A stretch of 64,000 nucleotides of DNA from an uncultured virus (IMG/VR IMGVR_UViG_3300033149_005651) (taxonomy: Duplodnaviria > Heunggongvirae > Uroviricota > Caudoviricetes): the IMG/VR virus record IMGVR_UViG_3300033149_005651. One strand, 5' to 3'. The position numbers were made by a program, and so were the translations under genes. Each line of letters opens with the position of its first letter. The stretch's first letter is position 1. Below, piece after piece: positions 19,338-30,444 of the stretch. The notes under the pieces are model-generated. The model saw only the letters and a list, made by a program, of their open reading frames with translations, made no database searches and was not told the origin of the DNA.

Positions 19338-20725
19338 TCATTCACTTTCATCCTGATCACATTGCCCCAACTTGGTCCCTCTGTTTGATTTTCTGGGGTT
19401 GTGATCACGCAAATGTAGGGGAATTTCTTATCTTCCGACCAATTTGCATGACCATCAGTGAGCATCACCGTACAATCGGGCACCAAACCATTGTCACACA
19501 ACCACTCCATCGGTGCAGCCATGTCTGTGCCTCCACGTCCTTTGATGGTCAATTTCTTCCAATCGCCACGACGGTAGGGGTCGTAGCCTTGGAATTGTGC
19601 ATCCCATTGCAGGATTGTGACTTTAGCACGGCTGCTAATCGATTCGATTTCGCCAAAGAATTGTTCTAATTCTTTTTTACCGACCGAACCGCTCGTATCG
19701 ATGATCACACAAACGGTTGCAGCAGCATGGTGGCTGACTCCAGCCATGCCGAACATACGACGACGACGGTTTCGTCGTGAGTAAGTTTTCCGTTGATTCC
19801 CAACATGCTTACCAAGATAAGATCTGAGTAAATCACGCCACCGAACTACTGGCTTAGCTAGCTCTTTGATCGCAGCTTCAAGATGACCGGGGCAATGTCC
19901 CTGACATTTCTCGGTCGCTTGATCGACCAAATCCTTGATCAGTTGACGAGCTTCATCAGCAGATACATCCGATTGGTTCCAGACACTGTGGTCATCGATA
20001 ACCTTTCCGCTAACACCGCCGAAGCTGTATTCGCCAGTAGTTTCTTGCCCACATTGCCCACATTTTTCACCTTCACCTTCGCCACCGCCGTCTCCGTCTT
20101 CACCTTCTTTACCTTTTCCCTTCCCCTTTCCCTTCCCGCCGCCGCCGCCTTTTTCTTTGAGTGGTTTACCACATTGTCCGCAGCATTTGCCTTTTTTGGA
20201 CTGGTTCTTTTCAAGTCTTTCGTAAAAATACTCGGTAGTTTCATCATTTGGCCAGTCTTCTGGGATCCAGACGATATTACCTTTCAGCGGTACGATCAAC
20301 TCGCTCGTTGTCGGTTCTTGGTATCCGATCCGGGGCTTGTTGCGGCGACCGTTGACGCACATATCAGCGGCAATATTCCAGGCTTCTGGGTTTCGATGAT
20401 CACTGCGTGTGCAATGACATCGGACAATGTGCTCGATTTCATGCTGGATGACCGCGAACAATTCCTTGATTGTGAGCGTGTCAACAAATGGGGGATAATA
20501 CATGCACTGGATATCACCGCCGTTGACGATTCGAACCCCCATTGTTCTCCTTGATTCCGGCATCCAAGGCATAGCCGACGGAATCCAAATCATGCCCATC
20601 GCAACGTGCCCATACCAGGGTTCGCGTGTCATAAGCCTGCAGCGTGCATTCATCAGTCTTTCAGACTGTTCTTGCGTTGTCTTGATCTTAGCGTTTCCCA
20701 AGACCACCATATTATTCGTGCTCAA
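19334..20725 (-). CDS. DUF2201-type metallopeptidase-like plus vWA domain protein
   Basis: HEIEH, WNIAAD, DTSGS MIDAS motif, GRGGTD, LTDG. Confidence 0.88.
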   Translation of the reverse strand: MSTNNMVVLGNAKIKTTQEQSERLMNARCRLMTREPWYGHVAMGMIWIPSAMPWMPESRRTMGVRIVNGGDIQCMYYPPFVDTLTIKELFAVIQHEIEHIVRCHCTRSDHRNPEAWNIAADMCVNGRRNKPRIGYQEPTTSELIVPLKGNIVWIPEDWPNDETTEYFYERLEKNQSKKGKCCGQCGKPLKEKGGGGGKGKGKGKGKEGEDGDGGGEGEGEKCGQCGQETTGEYSFGGVSGKVIDDHSVWNQSDVSADEARQLIKDLVDQATEKCQGHCPGHLEAAIKELAKPVVRWRDLLRSYLGKHVGNQRKTYSRRNRRRRMFGMAGVSHHAAATVCVIIDTSGSVGKKELEQFFGEIESISSRAKVTILQWDAQFQGYDPYRRGDWKKLTIKGRGGTDMAAPMEWLCDNGLVPDCTVMLTDGHANWSEDKKFPYICVITTPENQTEGPSWGNVIRMKVNE

Positions 20726-20758
20726 ATCTATCTCCTTTTTGTGGTGTGACTACTCATT

Positions 20759-20784
20759 TGTTGCAAAGAGGAATTGGTTGTTAA
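20759..20784 (-). promoter_or_regulatory. Phage promoter motif
   Basis: TTAAC-N13-TTGCAACA upstream of the vWA gene. Confidence 0.75.
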
Positions 20785-20821
20785 ATGATACCCATGGACA
20801 TTTCTAATTATTTTGTTTTTC

Positions 20822-21187
20822 TTAAATATCGTGCGATTGCTCTAACTCAACAAACACATTGTCTGGAAACGCTGGATCACAAAACAAGAAGCCAAAAATT
20901 TTAGAACGGCCCCGTCCTTCCCGCTTGACATCGCGATAGACCATAGTAAGCTCAACCCTATCGGCGAGGATTGTTAAACTACCTAAATAGCGTGTGCGTG
21001 AGTGTATATGTGGATCTACAAAACCTGATCTAGTGTTATAGCAATCATAAGAAGCAATCCCATTAATAGTAGCAAATGCTTCTTGCTTCTTAAGAGTTCT
21101 AATGAATGATAATCCCGATTTCATACTATCGAATTTTTCTTCGAAGTCTGCTTTAACTGCTTGTGCTAAGTTCATCATGGGCACCAT
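20822..21187 (-). CDS. DP-motif family protein (FxFCDPxFP subgroup)
   Basis: FLFCDPAFPDNVF. Confidence 0.78.
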   Translation of the reverse strand: MVPMMNLAQAVKADFEEKFDSMKSGLSFIRTLKKQEAFATINGIASYDCYNTRSGFVDPHIHSRTRYLGSLTILADRVELTMVYRDVKREGRGRSKIFGFLFCDPAFPDNVFVELEQSHDI

Positions 21188-21978
21188 GAATTTTTGAAGT
21201 CATTCTTAACAATATCATACGCTTCTGTTCGTTTTGCATTGAAGGCTTTGGATTCTATCTCAAGGGCTTGCATTGTTTCGATGGCTCTAAGACATATGTT
21301 GAATAACACTTCTGGATCAAATTTCGGATCTTCAAAGTTTGGGATACCGATTTTTAAGCCGTATGATCCTTCAAAACTTATTGTTAATTGGCCTCGTTTG
21401 AGACCAACATGTATAACACAATAGACGCTTGAAACGCATAATAAAAGATATGTCTTTGTATTTTCTTTTTTAGCCTTCGACAAAAATCTAATATTACCGA
21501 AACCAGCCTTTCGCAAACGATCCTTCAGATCACTCATCACGATATTTTGCAGCAAGTCCCTATGAACTTTTTTAGGTACCGGATCACCATCGAGAGTATC
21601 GAGATAATAACCGACTTTTTCAACTACCGCAGGCCAATCATCTAAAACCAATCTAGTTTTCCCAAATTCAACAGACCATGTCTTATTGCATTGGGTGATG
21701 GCTATAGTGCGATGATACACACTCTTCATTTCACCAGACCATTGTTCTACAGCTTTACGAACAAGGAACGTGATAAGATTTATTGATCCTTCTGATGTTT
21801 CAAATATGATTTCTACACCACGTTTCATGTTTTTGCCGGACATTGTCCTAGGCCATGAGGATGATCCGGCATAGGTAAACGTGGTGTCACCACCTTGAAA
21901 ATGACCAATACCAAACTGCTTTAACCAAACTTTGAGTGCACGAACATCATATTCACTATTGCACACTTGTTTAATCAT
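21175..21978 (-). CDS. Two-domain DP-motif protein, paralog of 10449-11213
   Basis: LKVWLK, QNIVMSDLKDRL, EDPKFDP. Confidence 0.82.
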   Translation of the reverse strand: MIKQVCNSEYDVRALKVWLKQFGIGHFQGGDTTFTYAGSSSWPRTMSGKNMKRGVEIIFETSEGSINLITFLVRKAVEQWSGEMKSVYHRTIAITQCNKTWSVEFGKTRLVLDDWPAVVEKVGYYLDTLDGDPVPKKVHRDLLQNIVMSDLKDRLRKAGFGNIRFLSKAKKENTKTYLLLCVSSVYCVIHVGLKRGQLTISFEGSYGLKIGIPNFEDPKFDPEVLFNICLRAIETMQALEIESKAFNAKRTEAYDIVKNDFKNSWCP

Positions 21979-22076
21979 CTAAGCTCCCCAAAAAATCCAT
22001 TAAGTAGACTGTTTATTCTATTTGATTGTTACAAATCCCACTGATCTCGTTAAATAGCATTTTTGAAAATTTTCAT

Positions 22077-23039
22077 CTAACTCCCAGTACAAAAATGATA
22101 AACCGCAATGTTATCAGCACGAGACGCCTTTTTATCCAAATAAACACCCTCAAGAAAATGATGATGGAAGTCTTTAGTAACCTTCACCGATTCATTGAAT
22201 AATACACACAGTTGTAACCATGTCACATCTTCCACCACTTCTGATTCATATTCTTCATCATTGTATCCTTCATCCAAGCCGCCGCCAAAGTCTACAAGCA
22301 CGGCTTTGCCTTGAATAGCAACCTCATCGAGATTATTAACCGGGACATCGTCCACAGTTTTATAAGCGCTATAAGCCACATGACAATCACCAATGATAGC
22401 ATCAATCACTCGTTGTTCCATAGCACTAGAGACTTTGCAATATTCCTCATGTTGTCTAGCACATTTCTCAGCCTCTTTCGGTGTAGATAATTTCAAACCA
22501 ACCGAACTGCAATTATTTCGATCGCAAAAATGAGGTCGAACCACCGTTTTAAGGTCAAACAACTCCATGCTGCCATCATCGATAAAACCGTAAGTAACCT
22601 TAGCTGGTACCTTTTCGTTTAGAAGATTGTCCTTTTGCCCGACAATCTTAACTCGTTCCCACTGGCGTCGAACACTGTATTTGCCCTGCCCCTCCTCTCC
22701 ATCAATTTCAAATCCTTGGCCGATTTTGACATCAACAACCAAACAATGAGTAGGCAAGTCCTCTTTATCAGCATCGATAAGAAGTTCGATGCGATAATCA
22801 GACCCCCACTCTTTGATCAACAGATCAAATTCAGCACGAAATGCTTTAAGATCATGCTTACCTTCACAAAATTGAGTATCAACATTCCAGATATCAGTCA
22901 ATGCACAATCAGGTGCTATGTGCGAAGCCCAACAGCTAGATTTCGTACCCAAAGTGACGTTATAACCATCATTATCAACTCTTGCTGTCAAAAATGCAAG
23001 CATACGATTGGATAACGAAACACGGTGTGCAATTTTCAT
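22077..23039 (-). CDS. Hypothetical protein
   Basis: SD AGGAG; 320-aa ORF. Confidence 0.8.
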   Translation of the reverse strand: MKIAHRVSLSNRMLAFLTARVDNDGYNVTLGTKSSCWASHIAPDCALTDIWNVDTQFCEGKHDLKAFRAEFDLLIKEWGSDYRIELLIDADKEDLPTHCLVVDVKIGQGFEIDGEEGQGKYSVRRQWERVKIVGQKDNLLNEKVPAKVTYGFIDDGSMELFDLKTVVRPHFCDRNNCSSVGLKLSTPKEAEKCARQHEEYCKVSSAMEQRVIDAIIGDCHVAYSAYKTVDDVPVNNLDEVAIQGKAVLVDFGGGLDEGYNDEEYESEVVEDVTWLQLCVLFNESVKVTKDFHHHFLEGVYLDKKASRADNIAVYHFCTGS

Positions 23040-23547
23040 CGAATTCTCCTAAATTTGTTTAAGGTTCTAAAAACTTGGTGTCGTCGTTCTCATGTCTCTT
23101 GTTTGATCATCATTTCATAAGCAATAATCCGAAGTTTGTCGGCATCACTCTTTAACATACCAGCATTTTTTGCTGCATATGCCACACTACCAAGATCATC
23201 CCAGATTCGTTTATGTGGATGATGCGGAATAGTTGCACAACACCCGACCATAGAATTATTGTGACCATTAAGCCGTGAATTTGGTTTATCTGTTCCAACA
23301 CCCATTCTAACTGCTAAACCCAATTCGCGAGCCTTTACACAAATCGCATCAAAAGCCTTTGTGATAAGATCAAAGTCATCTTGATTATTTTGATCAGATG
23401 ATGGACTATTACTGAGAGAAAAATAATAGGTTCCATCAGTTCCGCCATAATAATAACGGAACCTAGATTTGGCAACACCTTTCGGGAATGATCCCAAAAA
23501 TGCTTTCTTGAGTTTCTTACTATGATTTTTAAATTGATCTGCTGGAT

Positions 23548-23973
23548 TCATCTTTTACTCCTAAAAGGTCCCGCCATGCGGTGTTTTACACTAAGTTCTA
23601 ATATGTGATCCAACAAAAGTTGACATAGTTTCTCAATTGCTCTAGGGTCTCTAGCATCGGTCTCTAACACTGAAACAGAACTCAACACAGAACCACTGGC
23701 CATTAACGTAATATCAGACGAGAATGACCCCTCATCCATACACACAGAAAAATTAAGTCGAAAGAATTTGTCGCAATGATTACTACGTAATTCGTATATC
23801 GGCGCAAATGAAACTCCTTTACCACTAAAACCACTATATTCGACAATACGCCAATCACAAATGAATAATGGTTTAAAAAAATCCATTATATCAGCGCCAA
23901 GTTGTGTGGACAAATCAACATCGAATATTCTTGCGCGCATTGCTTCATTAAATATCGAATCTATATCGGGCAT
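23548..23973 (-). CDS. DP-motif family protein (start MPDID)
   Basis: SD AGGAG; TDARDPRAIEKL. Confidence 0.72.
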   Translation of the reverse strand: MPDIDSIFNEAMRARIFDVDLSTQLGADIMDFFKPLFICDWRIVEYSGFSGKGVSFAPIYELRSNHCDKFFRLNFSVCMDEGSFSSDITLMASGSVLSSVSVLETDARDPRAIEKLCQLLLDHILELSVKHRMAGPFRSKR

Positions 23974-23987
23974 ATGTCTCCTTTCTA

Positions 23988-24019
23988 CACCAACGGCCCG
24001 CAAGTCGCGGGCCGTGGTG
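23988..24019 (-). terminator. GC-rich hairpin downstream of the AAA ATPase gene
   Basis: ACGGCCCGC / GCGGGCCGT inverted repeat; U-tract not evident. Confidence 0.5.
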
Positions 24020-24038
24020 CCGTCTTGGGAGGACGAAA

Positions 24039-25406
24039 TTAATCATCAGTATCGTCGCCCGTTGTCCCCCACGAAACCCTCGACAGAGCACTTTGCAAAT
24101 CCGGGCGTTCGGTGAGTCGATCGATGAAATTCTTCTTCGTTGATCCAGCCCGTGTGTTGAACTTGGCGATCATCGTCGCCAGTCGGGGATTGGAGATCAC
24201 CGCAACACGAGCCTTTTCCTGATGGTCGCTGGTGTTTCCGCCGCTGACCAAGGCTCGGCAGAATGCCACGACAACATCCTTGTCATGAGCGTGCTTCACC
24301 ATGAAGGAGGCAAAATCCAAACAAACCTCAGCGGTTTTATCCTCGTCGATATTGCCCTTGGCGAATGACACCAGACCCCACATTAGGCCGGTCAATTGGT
24401 TCCGATTCAAACCTTTCAGTTTCTCCTCGAAAACCGCCACACCACGAGACATCAACTCACGAGGCTTGACAGGACAAGAATGTCGGCTGAATGAACGACT
24501 CAGTTCCCGACCGATCAAACCAGCAAGCACTTCCTCACGAGCATGATCCTGGAATCCATTCTGTGCACAAGAATCGTAGACCCGCACAACTTGATCCCAA
24601 GATCGTCGTGACGGCTGGACTGAGAAGCCCAATTCGCCGGGGATATCACCATCCAGATGCTTGACATTCTGAGAGGCAAATTCGATCACGTCCGCCGCAT
24701 GGCTACCATGCACATCAGACATCCAGTTGACCCATTCCTCTAGCGTTGTCGCACCACCAGAAAGTGTCAGATGACAGAAACGATCCAGAAAAGCTGGATC
24801 ATTGAAACCGGACACCATGTAGCCTTCGGTGAAATTACCGGCAGCCACGACACACCACCCTGGCGGGAGGACATACTGACCGACGCGGCGATCGAGAACC
24901 AACTGGAAGATGGCCTGCAAAACGTCATCTTGGGCTCGGTTGACTTCGTCGATGAACAGGATGCCATTTTGGAATCGCGGCTGCAAGGTTTGCAACTTGG
25001 CGTAATACTGCCGTTCTGTCTCTAGGTCAGCTTGTTCGAGTGCTTTGCGGATTTTATCCGCAATCGCATCTTGACTGAGCCCTTCGACCGATATCCCGAT
25101 GGTCCCTGCTAGTTGGGCAGTGATTTCTTCGCGAGTCAGGTCACCAACAGGCATGTCAGCAGGCGGCAGATAATGCGTCCGAAAGTCATCCTTCAGACCG
25201 AGATTCACACCTGTTTCTGGCAAGCCACGCACATCGGATGCTTCTAACTGTGAGCATCGGAGATCGAGGAATCCCCAACCGCTCTCTCCCGCCAGTTGAT
25301 GAACAAGACTCGATTTTCCGAGTCCTCGGTGCCCCCAAATGAATGGAGTAATATTTGCCGCTCGACAAATCTTGATCGCTTCCGTGATTGCACTAATTGT
25401 TGCCAT
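24039..25406 (-). CDS. MoxR-type (AAA_5) ATPase
   Basis: Walker A GHRGLGKS, Walker B LFIDEVNRA, AAGN, DRF, SRRSW. Confidence 0.9.
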   Translation of the reverse strand: MATISAITEAIKICRAANITPFIWGHRGLGKSSLVHQLAGESGWGFLDLRCSQLEASDVRGLPETGVNLGLKDDFRTHYLPPADMPVGDLTREEITAQLAGTIGISVEGLSQDAIADKIRKALEQADLETERQYYAKLQTLQPRFQNGILFIDEVNRAQDDVLQAIFQLVLDRRVGQYVLPPGWCVVAAGNFTEGYMVSGFNDPAFLDRFCHLTLSGGATTLEEWVNWMSDVHGSHAADVIEFASQNVKHLDGDIPGELGFSVQPSRRSWDQVVRVYDSCAQNGFQDHAREEVLAGLIGRELSRSFSRHSCPVKPRELMSRGVAVFEEKLKGLNRNQLTGLMWGLVSFAKGNIDEDKTAEVCLDFASFMVKHAHDKDVVVAFCRALVSGGNTSDHQEKARVAVISNPRLATMIAKFNTRAGSTKKNFIDRLTERPDLQSALSRVSWGTTGDDTDD

Positions 25407-25451
25407 TTTGTCCTCCCAAAGGTATAGCGTTGAAAAAATGTCTCAAATAGG

Positions 25452-25477
25452 TGTTGCAAGACCGTCTATGTCGTTAA
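25452..25477 (-). promoter_or_regulatory. Phage promoter motif
   Basis: TTAAC-N13-TTGCAACA upstream of the AAA gene. Confidence 0.75.
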
Positions 25478-27008
25478 TTCAGAACCAAAATGGGCCATTA
25501 CTCGTTTATGTGTCTCAAGCATTTCATAATTACCATTACCATCATCTTGGGTGCAATAGCGAACATAAAAACGATGAAGTCCTGCTAACAAACCGTGAGT
25601 AACTTCACAAGCAAAATTATTCGAATCTTCCCACCAAACAGGAGAAGATACAATACTATCACCTTCGAAATTCTTTAATTCCCATCCAATGACAACATAT
25701 TCGCTACCACCGTCACACGCAATATCGATATGTCCCCAATACACAGAATTCGGTTTTGGGAACAAATGACCCCAAGTATTGAATTCGACTATCCGACGAT
25801 TTCTTTCATCGACCGGAGCAAATGCTTGTTCCATGTAATCCATGCTAGCTTTCTCCTTCAGTTGAAGCACCACTTAGAGCGTATTCCATTTGGACATTAC
25901 AAATTGCTGCCCAGGCTGCCAACATAAACTCATTATACAAATAGCCTTGGCCAATAAAATCGAACAACAACTGCTTCAACACAGTTTGAAGTGGTGAACT
26001 TTCTTTTTCTTCTTTCCATTCTTCCAACGATTTACAACCACCAAGACCACTGAATGATTTGTGAATGTCATATTCATAAACCAGCTCACTGGCGGATTCA
26101 ATCACTAAAGATCGCACATGCTGTCTCATACAGTGTGTGCTTTCACCATTTCCATCCTTCTTTGGAGTAAACTTGAGAAGAAGAAAAATGATTTCGTCAG
26201 GCGGAACATAATCAAGTATTCCGTCATCATTGTAATAATGTTTCATTTTTCAACTACCTGGGATTTCAATAGAAGCAAACAGGCCGTCCGCATCTTCAAG
26301 TTCGATTGAATGAAAAGCGTATTGTTTCTTCTTGTAATACGAAAGACCGTTCGTATCATTCCCCATTACCCAGAATTTGTCGTTGTAAAACCAAAGCTCT
26401 GGGCGATTATGATTAAGAGCACCGCTTTTAAAGCGTAATAAAATCTTCCCCAAAAGAAGAGCGACATCATTATCAGGATCGGCCAGATCCGCGACCTGCT
26501 TAAGCTTGACCATGACGAATTCCGTATCAGGTGCTAAATCAGACTTGATTGTGTCAAGTACGGTAATCGTATACCAAACGCCTTTTTTATTATGGCGTAG
26601 TTCCCACTTCTGCGGAGCGGTACCAACAGCTCGTGTTATTTTCAGTTTTCTCATGCGTTCTCCTTGATTCTTCTCTATGTTGCAAAACATTATTAATGGT
26701 TAATCTTCATCTTCTTTTAGCCCTAAAATCCTACAGTAAAAGAGATCTTCTCGTAATTGCAACAAATGCGTATCGACTTCATCGATTTCGTTAAGTAATC
26801 GCCGTAATTTTTTCGCAAGCACTTCTAATTCTGGTACTTCGAAATCACCATCTATCGGAAGCATAAGCCCACGTTTACGAAGCCCAATAGCAATATCGAT
26901 TGTTAGCATGATATACCCCTAGAGTCGAGAATGAAACCCCCACTCCGTGTTATTGCAATCCCAAAATAATTTGTTAACAAGCAAAGAATATAGGATTTGT
27001 GCAAAAAG

Positions 27009-27020
27009 CAAAAATAATAC
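27009..27020 (+). promoter_or_regulatory. Candidate late promoter CAAAAATAATAC abutting the ATG
   Basis: Identical 12-mer at 48020 and 53140, each at a strand switch. Confidence 0.6.
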
Positions 27021-27545
27021 ATGAAACTGACCCACATTGCGTATAGTATACCGTTATTCGAACAACGGACCAATATCGGACAATCCATAATCACGATTAA
27101 CCGAATGCAACGAGGTGTAGCAGTATCGATCAGAGGAGAAATCACAGGATCAGTTGAAGCAAATTATCTGAAATATGAACCCAACATGCTAGCCGTAGAA
27201 AGTTCGGCAGTCGACAGAGGCTACGGACCAACACTCTACGACATACTCCTAGAAGTCACTGGCTCTGATGGTAAATGGGTAGTCGCAGACAGACACTCCA
27301 TCTCAGATACAGCCTACAATATCTGGAAATTCTACTATCTCAACAGAGATGACGTAGAGAAAAAAGAACTAGAGCCCGGATCCTGGTATATGGGACGCTA
27401 CGCCAGACCATACTTGGAAAAAATGACCGAAGACAAATCAACATGGCCCGACAAAAGAGAACCAATCTGGTCACTTTGGCACGCTTACCGGAAAAACGAA
27501 CCAACAATCATCAACAAACTCCGCAAGAAAATCCAATTAAAATGA
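27021..27545 (+). CDS. GNAT-like acetyltransferase-fold protein
   Basis: RGYGPTLYD (acetyl-CoA-binding-like) and DRHSISDTAYNIW. Confidence 0.65.
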   Translation: MKLTHIAYSIPLFEQRTNIGQSIITINRMQRGVAVSIRGEITGSVEANYLKYEPNMLAVESSAVDRGYGPTLYDILLEVTGSDGKWVVADRHSISDTAYNIWKFYYLNRDDVEKKELEPGSWYMGRYARPYLEKMTEDKSTWPDKREPIWSLWHAYRKNEPTIINKLRKKIQLK

Positions 27546-27552
27546 AATCCTC

Positions 27553-28392
27553 ATGAACCCATATGACGTTTTAGACGACACCGACAAATTCCGTCCAGCT
27601 ACAGAATGTAGTGAATGTGGGGCTAATCATTCATTAGCAAGGAGAATTTGGATACATAACTGTGACGAGTGCGGTGTTGGTATATGCGAAGCATGTTTAA
27701 ATCGACCCGGATCCAAATGGCAATATGATTATGCAACCGATACTGGAAGCACAGTAATCTGCCCAGAATGTCAAAAAGATATAGCAGAAAGCGTCTACGA
27801 TCACCTAGACGACGAAGAATCATTTGACGACGACGGCATCATATGCCAAAGTTGCTTGAACTCCGTCGATCAAGACGACATAATAGAATGTGGTGGATGT
27901 GATACAGCTGCTTGCGTAAATTGCGTTAGGGGTGATGCTCCACGTCATTTTTATGGAATAACACAGACTGGATGGTTATATAATAGAAGGGGAGATTCAT
28001 TCTGCCCAAAATGTATGACGGAAGAAGCCGTCAACGAAAATGCTTATGATCACCTAGACGACACTGATTTGTTTAGCGACGGCCAACTTTACAATCTAAC
28101 GGTCGATGAAGATTTCGTCATACTTTATTCACAATGGTCAGGGATGTTTATACATGACCCACTTTATGCTGTGGTAAAACGAGCGATGGTAGGACAAAGC
28201 CGACACCAACAATGGACGGGTTACCCAGACGAATCATCGTGGCCTAAAAACCTATTAATTGATCAAGACGAAGCAGAACGTTTAATCAACATATCACAAA
28301 AAATCATTAGAGATCCAGAAGTATCAGATGATGAAAAAAGAATCGCCGACAAATACGCTCAGCAAATTGATGGTCCAAGATGGTTTGAATAA
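27553..28392 (+). CDS. Modular Cys-rich Zn-finger protein with three YDxLDDxxxF linkers
   Basis: Two Cys-rich blocks of CxxC pairs; repeated linker motif. Confidence 0.8.
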   Translation: MNPYDVLDDTDKFRPATECSECGANHSLARRIWIHNCDECGVGICEACLNRPGSKWQYDYATDTGSTVICPECQKDIAESVYDHLDDEESFDDDGIICQSCLNSVDQDDIIECGGCDTAACVNCVRGDAPRHFYGITQTGWLYNRRGDSFCPKCMTEEAVNENAYDHLDDTDLFSDGQLYNLTVDEDFVILYSQWSGMFIHDPLYAVVKRAMVGQSRHQQWTGYPDESSWPKNLLIDQDEAERLINISQKIIRDPEVSDDEKRIADKYAQQIDGPRWFE

Positions 28393-29007
28393 CGGATAAA
28401 AAGGTGCTTGGTACTAACACGTAAAACATCAGTTATCAAGATTGACGGGATTTTATCTAGTTTGATGGTAGCAATTCGTCGCCCAGGAGTTACTTCAGTA
28501 ATCACACCAGGCCAATAATGAACAGTAGCCATTCGGTATTCTAGAATTGCTCTATTTCCAACTTTCATTGGGTTCCGCTTTCGTCTATGACTGATCTTAT
28601 CTTATAAATCACGGAAAATCGAGATTCAGGGAGATTATGTCCTTCGTCTAATCGCTGATATTGTGAAACCCACCTATCTAACATGTTTAACAATTTAGCA
28701 TATTCTGACAATCTGCATGGATCTTTTTCATATGATGAATTACGTTGTGTCTCTTCTATATATCGAAACATATTGATATCATATACGCACCATGTATCAC
28801 CACGCCAGAAAAATCGTTGGGTCCCCGCCCTTCTATAAACAGCAATAGGTTCACTTTTCGGATCTTCGAGATTACCGGTATCATATTCGATAAGATAGAT
28901 TTTCTCGCCGAACTCATGTAAAGGTAAACCAGTGTATAATGCTGTTCGGATAACAGCGACATCAAGTAGTTTACAAAATTGGGGACTTGTTTCTATCATA
29001 TGATTTC

Positions 29008-29448
29008 CTACCTGGAAACTGGTTTCCAGCCAATATATGGGGCTATTGCTGCATAAAGCTGCTGTAGGATCACTGTTGGAAATGTAGGATCAGAAAGATC
29101 AAAAGAACCAGCATCAGCAAGAATAGCTTGTTGAACAATTCTATGTGAAACTGGTAACATCGCATGGGCTACCCCAAATTCGAAGACAATCATACCAATA
29201 GGACTATCCTTAGCGAGGACTACAAGCGCCCTGCCGTTGCGATTAGAAGGTGTCGTACCGTCAGGCCCATAAACCTGGACATCGACACAACATTTTAGGT
29301 CTTGCCGAATTGATTCAGCAAGACCTATGGCTATTTTGATATTTACAAGACTCTGTGAACAATATTTCTCATGACGCACATCTTTATCGTCGATTCTTTC
29401 CATACCATGGAAGATCCACTTGGTCAATTCAAATTGCCAATCGGACAT
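29008..29448 (-). CDS. DP-motif family protein
   Basis: FDLSDPTFPTVI. Confidence 0.75.
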   Translation of the reverse strand: MSDWQFELTKWIFHGMERIDDKDVRHEKYCSQSLVNIKIAIGLAESIRQDLKCCVDVQVYGPDGTTPSNRNGRALVVLAKDSPIGMIVFEFGVAHAMLPVSHRIVQQAILADAGSFDLSDPTFPTVILQQLYAAIAPYIGWKPVSR

Positions 29449-29457
29449 TTGATAATC

Positions 29458-29835
29458 CTATCGGGCTTTCCGCGCATTTGCCAGCAAATCTTCTATGATC
29501 TTGAGCAAATTATCGGGGAATTTTGGATTAGTTGTCTCTAATAGAATACATTCGCTTTTATATTGTTTCCGTATTATGCGTTCAACTGTAATATTGATCG
29601 GTGCGAGTGTTGCAGTCGCGTTTTCGATCTGGATATAAAATAATTGACCATACAATTTGTCATCAATATCAACGTTAGTATCGCTTACTACAACCATAGC
29701 ATGCGCTAAAATAGCCCCAACAGCGGGTCCGTAAACACCAGTATCTAAATTACAAACATGATTGATCTCTTTACCAAGACCATCAGCGATAGCAGTGTTA
29801 ATGTTATTCATGTCTGTATGGTTTTCTTCGATCAT
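29458..29835 (-). CDS. DP-motif family protein
   Basis: LETTNPKFPDNL. Confidence 0.75.
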   Translation of the reverse strand: MIEENHTDMNNINTAIADGLGKEINHVCNLDTGVYGPAVGAILAHAMVVVSDTNVDIDDKLYGQLFYIQIENATATLAPINITVERIIRKQYKSECILLETTNPKFPDNLLKIIEDLLANARKAR

Positions 29836-29887
29836 GATTACCTTTCATTGAAAATGTTAAAATCCTGTTGCAGATCATAACCGTCAA

Positions 29888-30163
29888 TTAATGCCATCCC
29901 CAATAATCACGAAGAAAAATTATAAGATCATCCATAAAGTCCACACTAGGATCAGAAATAAGAGCCTCAAAAATTCTCGCTGAACCGGGTTTTCTCACAA
30001 CTAATATGTCATCATAAACCCCAAGCCATAATGAATTACGGTGTCTACCTTTAAAAGACACAGACGTTGGGCATATAATATATAAATCATTTGAAGCTGC
30101 GCGGATAGCCAAGCCTGTATCTTCTAACTCAAGCTGTATTGCTTTAAGTATTATGCTTACCAA
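29888..30163 (-). CDS. DP-motif family protein
   Basis: ALISDPSVDFMDDL. Confidence 0.72.
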   Translation of the reverse strand: MVSIILKAIQLELEDTGLAIRAASNDLYIICPTSVSFKGRHRNSLWLGVYDDILVVRKPGSARIFEALISDPSVDFMDDLIIFLRDYWGWH

Positions 30164-30444
30164 TTGTCTAGTATCCTTTTAACTTCCACTTGAAGCAACA
30201 ATAAAGAATTAGGATCTGATAAATCTATTCTAGAACAAAAAATCCCATCATCAGTATCTAAAGGCCATGATTTGTTCGATATCCGCAATTCGGCACCAAC
30301 TAATCTAATCCATACCAGTGAAGGATGAGACGACGTTATAAGTAATAAGTCTCCCATATGCTTATCGCTTACGATTTCAATATAAACACCACTTATTGAT
30401 TCTTGAAGAAACAACTGAATAGTTTCGAAAACATCATTCTTCAT
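30157..30444 (-). CDS. DP-motif family protein
   Basis: IDLSDPNSLLLL. Confidence 0.78.
   Translation of the reverse strand: MKNDVFETIQLFLQESISGVYIEIVSDKHMGDLLLITSSHPSLVWIRLVGAELRISNKSWPLDTDDGIFCSRIDLSDPNSLLLLQVEVKRILDNW

Noticed and set aside
19883..20554. 223-aa plus-strand ORF
   Set aside because: Antisense to the well-supported vWA gene.
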